Shown here: positions 1-7,240 of the stretch, in pieces | Layout: each line of letters begins with the position of its first letter | Position numbering within the stretch: position 1 is the first letter of the stretch | NCBI GenBank assembly: GCA_001830835.1 | Contig: MICJ01000009.1 | Location: forward strand, 1-48,818 | DNA length: 48,818 bases | From: Syntrophobacterales bacterium GWC2_56_13 | GTDB taxonomy: Bacteria; Desulfobacterota; Syntrophia; Syntrophales; UBA5619 | Direction of reading: 5' to 3' | Notes under the pieces: generated by a model | Databases searched by the model: none | What the model was told of the DNA's origin: nothing | Seen by the model: the letters and a program-made list of their open reading frames with translations, nothing else | Translations under genes and position numbers: made by a program

Positions 1-717
1 TATCCCAACGGAGAGCAGGAGCGTAAGGAGTTTGATGAGCCAGCAGTCATGATTCCCGATCTGTTGGAGAAATGGCTCCGAGACAAGCTTCCCAATGTTC
101 TTGACCGGAGCAAGATGCGGCGTGAAGAACAGCCGGCCTTGCCCTTCGAGATGCTTCGCGAAGCTGTGGTTAACGCGCTCATTCATCGCGATTACGACAT
201 TGAAGGGGGCAAGTGCCAGGTCGTGGTGACCGAAGACATGGTCACGGTGAGAAGTCCCGGCGAACCTCCTCCTCCGATCACCCTTGAGCAGCTACAGTCC
301 TTTACCGCACCGATGTTGAGCCGGAATCCTGGATTGCATTTTGTCTTCGCGCGAATGGGAATGGCGGAAGAGCAGGGCCTGGGCATCGGGTCGCTGCGGG
401 ACCGGGCAAAGGAACTCGGGTTGCCATTGCCGAGGTATTCATGGGACGCGCCTTATCTTGTTTTAAAGCTGTATCGCTCGGCAGAAAGCGCGACGCGTGA
501 ACTGACCGTTGACATTCTCGATAAGCTGAATGCGGACGAGAGGAAAGGTTGGGAATTCTTGTCTACAAAGACGACCTTTACTCGAGCGGAATACGAATCC
601 CATATGGAGGCTGATAAACGCAAGGCACAGCGTCAGTTGAAACGATTTGCGGAACTGGGATTAGTACGGTCTGTCGGCTCTGGACGGACCGCCAGATATG
701 AGGTAGTTCGTTCATGA
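1..717 (+). CDS. C-terminal part of a HATPase_c_4 plus winged-helix putative transcriptional regulator (often annotated 'RecG-like ATP-dependent DNA helicase'); 5' end lies outside the window
   Basis: ORF 49..717 stays open in frame back to nt 1 (YPNGEQERKEFDEPAV precedes the first Met). The motif ALIHRDYDIEGG...VRSPG is typical of the HATPase_c_4 domain. The C-terminal RFAELGLVRSVGSGRTARY is wHTH-like. Confidence 0.6.
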   Translation, partial: YPNGEQERKEFDEPAVMIPDLLEKWLRDKLPNVLDRSKMRREEQPALPFEMLREAVVNALIHRDYDIEGGKCQVVVTEDMVTVRSPGEPPPPITLEQLQSFTAPMLSRNPGLHFVFARMGMAEEQGLGIGSLRDRAKELGLPLPRYSWDAPYLVLKLYRSAESATRELTVDILDKLNADERKGWEFLSTKTTFTRAEYESHMEADKRKAQRQLKRFAELGLVRSVGSGRTARYEVVRS

Positions 718-777
718 CGGCAAAAATGGCTTGCTTGTGCTGTTGCTATGAAGTGTTGGCTGGAACGAAAAGCTTGG

Positions 778-874
778 AATCGCGACATCTCTCGCGTCGA
801 GATGTCGCGATTAAGCGCTATGGTTGGATTATTAAGGTGAATCGCGACACTTTTCGCGACAAAGTGTCGCGATT
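778..874. repeat. Two adjacent palindromic hairpins built on the octamer TCGCGACA / TGTCGCGA
   Basis: IR1 at 778-812: AATCGCGACATCTC-N7-GAGATGTCGCGATT, 14-bp arms. IR2 at 840-874: AATCGCGACACTT-N9-AAGTGTCGCGATT, 13-bp arms. The IR2 loop contains a further TCGCGACA. A T-run follows IR2. Confidence 0.7.
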
Positions 875-1079
875 TTGGTCGCTTTTTTGTTCAGGAATAA
901 GAATCGCGCCAAAAAACGCGCTATTATGGCAGGATGACACATCATTACCATCGGGAAAAGGGCTATTGCGCCAAGGGTCTTGCTGAGATGTCCGGGCGCC
1001 ACCGTTTTGGCGCACCAGACAGGGATGCCCGGACTGGAATCCGGACATTGTGTCCGGATAGAGATAAGGCCGACCAAAC

Positions 1080-1742
1080 ATGAAGACCATCAAGGACATG
1101 CCGGAACACAGCCGCCCGCGCGAAAAGCTGCGGGAGAAGGGTGCTTCCGCCCTGACCGACGTGGAACTGGTGACTGCGATTCTCGGTATGGGCACGGCGG
1201 GAGTTGATGTGCGCACGATCGCCCGGCAGGTTGTTTCGCTCATCCGCGAATACAAGGCCGGATTGACGCTCGATCATTTGCAGACCGTCCCCGGCATGGG
1301 TCTTGCCAAGGCGGGACAAATCATTTCGGCCTTTGAACTTGCCCGGCGTCACCTGCTGAAAGACACAGTCAAAATCACGGTGGCGCAGGATGTCTTGCCG
1401 CTGGTGGCCGACATTGCCGGAAAGCAGCAGGAGTACTTCATCTGCATTTCCCTCAACGGCGCGAACGAGGTTATAGAAAAACGCGTAGTCACGATCGGCC
1501 TGCTCGACCAGAGCCCGATTCACCCGCGCGAGGTGTTCGCCGACGTCATCGCCGACCGCGCAGCTGCTGTTATCTTTGTGCACAACCACCCCTCCGGCGA
1601 CCTTCAGCCGAGCGAAGCCGATCATCGCATACATGAGCAATTAACCGAAGCCGCTAAGATTCTCGGAATTCGCGTTTTGGACAACCTGATCGTGACGCGG
1701 AGGGGCCATTACAGCTTTCGGGATGCGGGTTTGGTCCGGTGA
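1080..1742 (+). CDS. radC: RadC / UPF0758 JAB-MPN domain protein
   Basis: N-terminal HhH-like region (KLREKGASALTDVELVTAILG) and the JAMM motif HNHPSGDLQPSEADHRIHEQL. Confidence 0.9.
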   Translation: MKTIKDMPEHSRPREKLREKGASALTDVELVTAILGMGTAGVDVRTIARQVVSLIREYKAGLTLDHLQTVPGMGLAKAGQIISAFELARRHLLKDTVKITVAQDVLPLVADIAGKQQEYFICISLNGANEVIEKRVVTIGLLDQSPIHPREVFADVIADRAAAVIFVHNHPSGDLQPSEADHRIHEQLTEAAKILGIRVLDNLIVTRRGHYSFRDAGLVR

Positions 1743-1896
1743 CGCCCTATACGCCGAGAATGAGGCAGCCCAATCGAGTGGACTCAGGGTTTTCTTCCTT
1801 GAGTTCCGCAATCTTCACTTGGAACAGATTAGCGAGGAAGAAAATATCCGTACCGGCATCGCCGGTGAGGGCATCGATCACCCGTAAAAAAAGTCC

Positions 1897-1924
1897 TTGA
1901 CAGATCCCGCCGATGTGCTACAAA
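1897..1924 (+). promoter_or_regulatory. Sigma70-like promoter candidate for nikR
   Basis: TTGACA (1897-1902), 16-nt spacer, TACAAA (1919-1924), about 30 nt upstream of the nikR ATG. Confidence 0.45.
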
Positions 1925-1941
1925 GCAGAGAAACGTAATAC
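1915..1941. promoter_or_regulatory. NikR-box-like palindrome overlapping the nikR -10 element
   Basis: GTGCTAC-N13-GTAATAC. It has the same half-site and spacing architecture as the site at 2394-2420. Confidence 0.45.
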
Positions 1942-1953
1942 GGTGAGCTAAAG

Positions 1954-2370
1954 ATGTCGGAACTGGTTCGCTTCGGTGTTTCCCTGGAAAAAGCCCTCCT
2001 GGACAGGTTTGATGTCCTGATCCGGGAAAAACAGTACACCAACCGCTCGGAGGCCCTGCGGGACCTGATCCGCCGGGAGCTTGTCCAGAAAGAATGGCAG
2101 GGGGGGAGCGATGTGGCCGGCGCCATTACCCTCATCTACGACCACCACAAGCGGGATATCCTGAGAATGGTTACGGACACCCAGCACGAATTCCAGCAGG
2201 TGATCATTTCCACCCAGCACATCCACCTCGATCACCACAACTGCCTGGAGATCGTGGCCGCCCGGGGGAAAGCGGGAGAGGTCCGGAAACTGGCCGATGC
2301 GCTGAGGTCCATCAAAGGGGTCCGTCACGCGACCCTGAGCATGTCCAGTACGGGGCGGGAGATCGAGTAG
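1954..2370 (+). CDS. nikR: Nickel-responsive regulator NikR (ribbon-helix-helix plus ACT-like metal-binding domain)
   Basis: MSELVRFGVSLEKALLDRFD...YTNRSEALRDLIR is the RHH N-terminus. The His-rich C-terminal domain includes DHHKRD, QHIHLDHHNCLE and KGV. Confidence 0.9.
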   Translation: MSELVRFGVSLEKALLDRFDVLIREKQYTNRSEALRDLIRRELVQKEWQGGSDVAGAITLIYDHHKRDILRMVTDTQHEFQQVIISTQHIHLDHHNCLEIVAARGKAGEVRKLADALRSIKGVRHATLSMSSTGREIE

Positions 2371-2393
2371 CAGTATTATTTTTTTGTCCAGAC

Positions 2394-2420
2394 GTGTTAC
2401 GAATTAAGTATTCATAACAT
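2394..2420. promoter_or_regulatory. NikR-box-like palindrome upstream of the ECF nickel transporter genes
   Basis: GTGTTAC-N13-ATAACAT, about 105 nt upstream of the nikM ATG. Confidence 0.4.
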
Positions 2421-2527
2421 GGGTCCTGTTCCAGAATGGATCCCTGCCAGATAAACAGGTAACCACCCGTCGGGAAAACGGCAGATGACTTTTTATTTTC
2501 CCGGGTATTTGAGGAAGTGAGACGACC

Positions 2528-3571
2528 ATGCACATGGCAGATGCTTTACTCTCCCCCGCCGTGGGGACGACATTGTGGGCCGGAACGGTCGCGGTAGGCG
2601 GATATGCCTCGAAGAAACTGAAAGCACAGATCGATGATAGGATGATCCCCCTGATGGGAGTTCTCGGCGCCTTCATTTTCGCGGCGCAGATGATCAATTT
2701 CACGATCCCCGGGACGGGATCGAGCGGACATTTGGGCGGTGGGATGATCCTCGCCATCCTCCTCGGCCCCCATGCAGCCTTTCTCGTCATGGCCTCGGTC
2801 CTGACGGTCCAGGCGCTCTTCTTTGCCGACGGCGGACTGCTTGCCCTCGGCTGCAATATCTGGAACCTGGGTTTCTATCCCTGTTTTCTCGTCTATCCGC
2901 TCATCTACAAGCCATTGACCGGAGGCAGTAAAAATCCCGGGCGCATCCTCGTCGCATCCATAGCAAGCGCCGTCGTGGCCCTGCAGTTCGGCGCTTTTTC
3001 AGTGGTCATGGAGACGCTTCTCTCCGGAAAGAGTGAATTGCCCTTAGGCGCCTTCGTCCTTCTAATGCAACCGATTCACCTGGCCATCGGCATTATCGAG
3101 GGTTTTGTTACAGCCGGCATCATCAACTATGTGCGCGGCGCCAGGCCGGAGATCCTCGACAGTATTGCCGCATCCCGGCCCCTTGGCGCAGGGATTTCGC
3201 TGAAGAAGGTCATGATGACGTTCGCGGTATTGGCGGCCATAACCGGCGGGGCGCTCTCCTGGTTCGCTTCAACCCATCCCGACGGTCTGGAATGGTCCGT
3301 CGAGAAGATTTACGGCAGGGGCGAACTACCGGAACAGAAACACGGGATAGCTCCGGTTCTCAAGGACCTCCAGGAAAAAACGGCGTTCCTTCCCGATTAC
3401 AATTTCAAACCGGCGGGAAATGAGCCGAAAAAGAAGGAAGCTGTCCCTGTTTGGCCCGGGATCGAAGCGGGAACTTCCCTGGCCGGCATCACCGGCGCCG
3501 CCATCGTTCTCGGCATAATCGTGCTCATCGGCATGGGGATCAGATCTTTCCGGGGAAGAGGAAAGGGGTGA
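2528..3571 (+). CDS. nikM: ECF-transporter substrate-capture component, CbiM/NikM fused to a PDGLE-domain C-terminal extension
   Basis: Met-His N-terminus (MHMADALLSP) and a multi-TM CbiM-like core (FTIPGTGSSGHLGG). The C-terminal PDGLEWSVEKIYG motif is followed by a final TM helix. The gene is adjacent to nikR. Confidence 0.85.
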   Translation: MHMADALLSPAVGTTLWAGTVAVGGYASKKLKAQIDDRMIPLMGVLGAFIFAAQMINFTIPGTGSSGHLGGGMILAILLGPHAAFLVMASVLTVQALFFADGGLLALGCNIWNLGFYPCFLVYPLIYKPLTGGSKNPGRILVASIASAVVALQFGAFSVVMETLLSGKSELPLGAFVLLMQPIHLAIGIIEGFVTAGIINYVRGARPEILDSIAASRPLGAGISLKKVMMTFAVLAAITGGALSWFASTHPDGLEWSVEKIYGRGELPEQKHGIAPVLKDLQEKTAFLPDYNFKPAGNEPKKKEAVPVWPGIEAGTSLAGITGAAIVLGIIVLIGMGIRSFRGRGKG

Positions 3572-3575
3572 ACCG

Positions 3576-4385
3576 ATGACCTTTGACGAGAAATATTTCG
3601 ATATCGGCCGCCTGGATCGGCTCTCCTACCGGGATACCTGCGTGCACAATCTTGACCCGCGGGCCAAGGTGATCGCCACGATGCTGTTTCTCATCACCGT
3701 GATCTCCTTTCCCAAGTACGAGGTCGTTGCGCTGGCGCCGTTCTTTCTGTTTCCGGTGCTGCTCATGACCATCGGCGAAATCCCGGTCCGGTTCATTTTG
3801 AAGAAGGTGATCGTCGTTTCGCCGTTCGCGATTTTCATCGGCATCTTTAACCCGCTTTTGGATACGGGAACCGTTGCCGTCATCTCCGGGGTCCCCGTAT
3901 CGGGGGGGTGGCTCTCTTTTCTTTCGATTATCCTGAAGTTTACCCTCACGATCAGCGCGGCGCTCCTGCTCATCGCAACGACCTCATTTCCTGGCGTCTG
4001 CCATGCCTTGCGCAGACTAGGCTTCCCGCCGCTTTTCGTTTCGCAGCTCTTTTTCCTGTACCGCTATCTCTTTGTCCTCATGGAAGAGGCGATGCGAATG
4101 ATCCGCGCACGGGACATGCGGTCATTCGGGACGCCCGGCGCTGGCATCAAGGTGTTCGTGCGCCTCATCGGGATTCTTTTTCTCAGGACTGTGGATCGCG
4201 CGGAAAGGATCTACTATGCCATGCTGTCCCGGGGATTTCAGGGGGACATCCCGAGTCTCAAGCGATCCCGCATGGCGGCGGCCGATCTGGCATTCATGGC
4301 GGCAACGATCTCATTTCTCGGGGTTTTCCGTTTCTTCCGCATCACCGAAGGGATCGGTCGCGTTGTCCAGGGGTTATTTGCATGA
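3576..4385 (+). CDS. nikQ: ECF transporter transmembrane T component (CbiQ/NikQ)
   Basis: Polytopic membrane protein with the CbiQ-like motif MRMIRARDMRSFG...RAERIYYAMLSRGF. It overlaps the next gene by 4 nt. Confidence 0.85.
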   Translation: MTFDEKYFDIGRLDRLSYRDTCVHNLDPRAKVIATMLFLITVISFPKYEVVALAPFFLFPVLLMTIGEIPVRFILKKVIVVSPFAIFIGIFNPLLDTGTVAVISGVPVSGGWLSFLSIILKFTLTISAALLLIATTSFPGVCHALRRLGFPPLFVSQLFFLYRYLFVLMEEAMRMIRARDMRSFGTPGAGIKVFVRLIGILFLRTVDRAERIYYAMLSRGFQGDIPSLKRSRMAAADLAFMAATISFLGVFRFFRITEGIGRVVQGLFA

Positions 4386-5116
4386 GTCATCACATCGTTG
4401 ACTTCAAAAACGTGTCCTTCCGCTACCCGGACGGGACGGAAGCGCTCAGAGGGATCAATTTCCGGATCACCCACGGCGAATCGGTCGGCGTCGTCGGGGC
4501 CAACGGGGCGGGAAAATCGACGCTGCTCCAGCACATGAACGGCTGCCTGATGCCGACGTCGGGAACGGTGACCATCGGTGATCTTACCCTTACCGGGAAA
4601 ACGAGGCGGGAGATCCGGAAAAAGGTCGGGATCGTTTTTCAAAACCCCGATGACCAGCTTTTCATGCCGACTGTATTTGACGATGTCGCATTCGGTCCCC
4701 TCAACCTCGGAATGGATGAAGAATCCGTGCGGGAACGGGTCCGCAAGGCCCTGAGCATGGTGCATAGCCTCGATCTTCGGGACAAACCGCCGCATCACCT
4801 CTCCAGCGGACAGAAGAGCGCCGTTGCCATCGCTTCGGTCATGGCTATGGAACCTGACATTCTCGCGATGGACGAGCCTGCCGCGAACCTCGACCCGAAA
4901 TCAAGGCGATCGCTGATCACGTTGCTCAAGAGCTTCAGGCATTCCAAGATCATCGCCTCTCACGATCTCGACCTGATCCTCGATGTCTGTCAACGCTGCA
5001 TCGTGATCAGGGACGGCACTGTGGTCGCGGACGGTCCCTCCGCAGAGATCCTCACGAACAGGACGTTGCTTGAAGAAAACAACTTGGAGCTTCCTTTGTC
5101 GTTCCAAAGGCGCTGA
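4382..5116 (+). CDS. nikO: ECF transporter ATPase (CbiO/NikO)
   Basis: Walker A GANGAGKST, signature LSSGQK, Walker B ILAMDEP. The start was chosen at ATG 4382 (MSHHIVDFKNVSF). The track ORF from 3908 would add an implausible Arg/Pro-rich extension that overlaps nikQ. Confidence 0.9.
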   Translation: MSHHIVDFKNVSFRYPDGTEALRGINFRITHGESVGVVGANGAGKSTLLQHMNGCLMPTSGTVTIGDLTLTGKTRREIRKKVGIVFQNPDDQLFMPTVFDDVAFGPLNLGMDEESVRERVRKALSMVHSLDLRDKPPHHLSSGQKSAVAIASVMAMEPDILAMDEPAANLDPKSRRSLITLLKSFRHSKIIASHDLDLILDVCQRCIVIRDGTVVADGPSAEILTNRTLLEENNLELPLSFQRR

Positions 5117-5291
5117 GCGCATGATCAGCCGTGAAGACCCCGGCATTAATGATATCGCTTAATTCAAATTGAAGCCCGGCATGCACCGGTTGATGATCTC
5201 ACGCGGGCGACGGAGAGGGAAGCGTCCCTTCAAGCGAAGCGATCCTCTCCCCGGCCCAAAGGTCCCGGATTTGCGCAAAAGGTGAAACGGG

Positions 5292-5334
5292 GGCAACAGG
5301 CGGTTCTTTTCCATGCCATGAACCGCCTGTTGCC
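5292..5334. terminator. Perfect 15-bp hairpin between the convergent nikO and AmiS-like genes (possible bidirectional terminator)
   Basis: GGCAACAGGCGGTTC (5292-5306), 13-nt loop, GAACCGCCTGTTGCC (5320-5334). Confidence 0.55.
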
Positions 5335-5387
5335 GCCCGGATGGACCGAGCGTTTTCGTTACACGGAAAATCCCAATGGGCCCGAGT

Positions 5388-5864
5388 CTACCATTGTCCG
5401 ACTTTTCCCGCCTGGAAATACGCCAGAGCAGGATAAGAGCAGGTAATAAATCCCACAATGATGATCACCCAACCGGTTAAAGGTCCGACGGTGGCCAATT
5501 GGGCTCCGAATCGCAACCAGAAGAGAAAAAAGCACACCGACCAGATCAACCAGAGAGCCCCGAATTGAGGAACTTTCGGCAGTTTCTTTCCCAGGACTTG
5601 GAAATATCCGAGAGACAGGAGAAAAAGACAGGCGGACATGGGAAGACAATACCAGCCAAGCACGGTAAAATCGCCTTTAGTCCATATTTCCAGGGCAATC
5701 AAGAGATAGGCTACGGAAAAGGTAAAGCAGGTTGCGGCCACGGTGTTGGATACGGTCTCACCGAAGCCCTTGTACATGTCCGTCATGGTTATGTACATCG
5801 CCATGACGGTAATCAGGGTTCCGCCCACAATGTTCAACGCTGCAACCCCCGGAAAGCTGGACAA
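5388..5864 (-). CDS. AmiS/UreI-family-like amide/urea channel protein, apparently short at the N-terminus (5 predicted TM helices, TTG start)
   Basis: LGWYCLPMSACLF, LWLIWSVCFFLFWL and the C-terminal helix resemble remembered AmiS/UreI sequences. The first codon is TTG (revcomp of 5862-5864), and an in-frame stop lies 7 codons upstream. Confidence 0.5.
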   Translation of the reverse strand: MSSFPGVAALNIVGGTLITVMAMYITMTDMYKGFGETVSNTVAATCFTFSVAYLLIALEIWTKGDFTVLGWYCLPMSACLFLLSLGYFQVLGKKLPKVPQFGALWLIWSVCFFLFWLRFGAQLATVGPLTGWVIIIVGFITCSYPALAYFQAGKVGQW

Positions 5865-6076
5865 CAGATCGCCTGATAGGGATCATCCGCAAGAGAAGTC
5901 CAGTACGTATCCACTTCCACTTCCGGAACCAGCAGGTATTGGCCATCCTTCATCGTCCGCTCGGTCACCTCGAAAACGATCCGCAGGGGATCTGTAAAAC
6001 CATCCGGGATGCGATGCGTTGCCCCACGCCAAACGGTTTTCCCTTCCCGAGAGGTCTCTTTTTGACCTTTCAGTAG
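5834..6076 (-). pseudogene. Start-less 80-codon ORF remnant (3' end of an unidentified gene) ending inside the AmiS-like gene
   Basis: Manual translation of the minus strand gives LLKGQKETSREGKTVWRGATHRIPDGFTDPLRIVFEVTERTMKDGQYLLVPEVEVDTYWTSLADDPYQAICCPAFRGLQR*. The frame opens directly after a stop at 6077-6079, exactly where the G+C content drops. There is no start codon near its 5' end. Confidence 0.3.
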
Positions 6077-6181
6077 TTATCAGTTCAGTTCATAGGTATT
6101 GGCCTCCGCGTGATTGTCTCCATTTCTTTTTTGCGGGGATTGTCAAGGGGTTTTTGGCGTCCACTCTAATGGACTTTTCCC

Positions 6182-6290
6182 GGTGATTTCACCGTTTCGG
6201 GTGGTGATTTCACCAAGTCATTATTACATCATGTTATTATGTGGTTAGATGAATTTGGGTGAATATTTTTTTTATGGGTGGTGATTTCAC
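6182..6290. repeat. Three copies of the palindromic 11-12-mer GGTGATTTCAC(C)
   Basis: Copies at 6182-6193, 6203-6214 and 6280-6290. Copies 2 and 3 share the extended GGGTGGTGATTTCAC. GGTGA-TT-TCACC is itself an inverted repeat. Confidence 0.6.
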
Positions 6291-6613
6291 TGTTTTTGGG
6301 CTTTGGCTAAGATGTTCGTAACTCGGCGTAAAAAATTATTATCGGTTGTTTTTGCGAATAGATAGATGATATTTGGGATGAATTATAATAAATCGGCACG
6401 GATCGTGCTGCTAACAATACTTCTAAGGCAGAGCAGCGGAGCGCAAAAAACAAACGAAAGGAGGATAATGACAAAAGCGGAAGAAACCGAATCTGCAATA
6501 AAATGGCTTAAAATTATTACGTTTATTTTCTAGAAACTGTGTTATTCTTGTCCCAGATGTAATTATCAACGTTTTATTAAAAATTAAAATCTATTTAAGA
6601 GGAGGCAAACACA

Positions 6614-7174
6614 ATGAAAAATGCAAATCCAGCACCGATTGGTGTAGTAGCCTTTGGGACAGCGTGTTTTGTAGTCGGATCACTTTTTGCCGGTCTGTTT
6701 GGAGCTTTAAGTCCTGGAAATATGCTTATGTCGGGTATTCTTTCAATTGTTACTGGTATTATACTTTTAGCAGTTTGCTGTTTAATGATTTCAGGAAACT
6801 CTCTGGCTGATTCCCCTGTCTTTTCAATGTGGGGGGCAACCATATTTGGGTTCTTTTCGTTAGTGTGGCTATGTTTAGGAGCAGTATTAATTTTGTGGAA
6901 AGACGGTGTTACCGACCCCTTATCCTTCCTGCTGTTATTCGTTTGTTTCTTCTCAGTTGGATATGCCTATCACTCATATGTATTAAAACTCTGGTCATTT
7001 TGTATTCTGTTTCTTGCTGTTGTTGTCGCAACTCTTAGTGCCTTTGCCGGACTGTACGGCGGATGGGCTCCAGGCAATCAGATAGCCGGCTACATCTTTA
7101 TTTTCCTCTCAGCGCTGGCTCTGTATATCATGTTTAAGGAGCAACTTAGTGCTGTCTTACCGGCGAAAGAATAA
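6614..7174 (+). CDS. GPR1/FUN34/YaaH (SatP)-family small-carboxylate channel
   Basis: The N-terminal NPAPIGVVAFG matches the family signature NPAPLGLxGF. There are six hydrophobic segments. An SD sequence (AGAGGAGG) lies upstream. Confidence 0.8.
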   Translation: MKNANPAPIGVVAFGTACFVVGSLFAGLFGALSPGNMLMSGILSIVTGIILLAVCCLMISGNSLADSPVFSMWGATIFGFFSLVWLCLGAVLILWKDGVTDPLSFLLLFVCFFSVGYAYHSYVLKLWSFCILFLAVVVATLSAFAGLYGGWAPGNQIAGYIFIFLSALALYIMFKEQLSAVLPAKE

Positions 7175-7201
7175 TTATAACGTATAAATACAAATACAAT
7201 A

Positions 7202-7240
7202 AAAATATTCCCGGTTCTTTAAAACCGGGAATATTTTTAT
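7202..7240 (+). terminator. Intrinsic terminator after the SatP-like gene
   Basis: AAAATATTCCCGGTT / AACCGGGAATATTTT form a perfect 15-bp stem, followed by a T-run. Confidence 0.75.

Noticed and set aside
778-874. A mini CRISPR array.
   Set aside because: There are only two units. The arms differ internally, each unit is itself a palindrome, and no cas genes are present.
3908-4381. An N-terminal 158-aa extension of the nikO ORF, as given in the track (start 3908).
   Set aside because: The extension overlaps nikQ in another frame and is Arg/Pro/His-rich with no ABC-ATPase features. ATG 4382 gives a normal-length CbiO-type ATPase with a typical 4-nt overlap.
5159-5649. Minus-strand ORFs 5159-5458 and 5359-5649, and plus-strand ORFs 5499-5876 and 5743-5997.
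   Set aside because: They overlap the AmiS-like gene or the terminator hairpin and have Arg/Gly/Pro-biased composition with no motifs.
6468-6533. A 21-codon mini-ORF (MTKAEETESAIKWLKIITFIF) preceded by AAAGGAGG, upstream of the SatP-like gene.
   Set aside because: The SD-to-ATG spacing is only about 3 nt and the ORF lies in A+T-rich DNA where short ORFs arise by chance. No supporting feature was seen.
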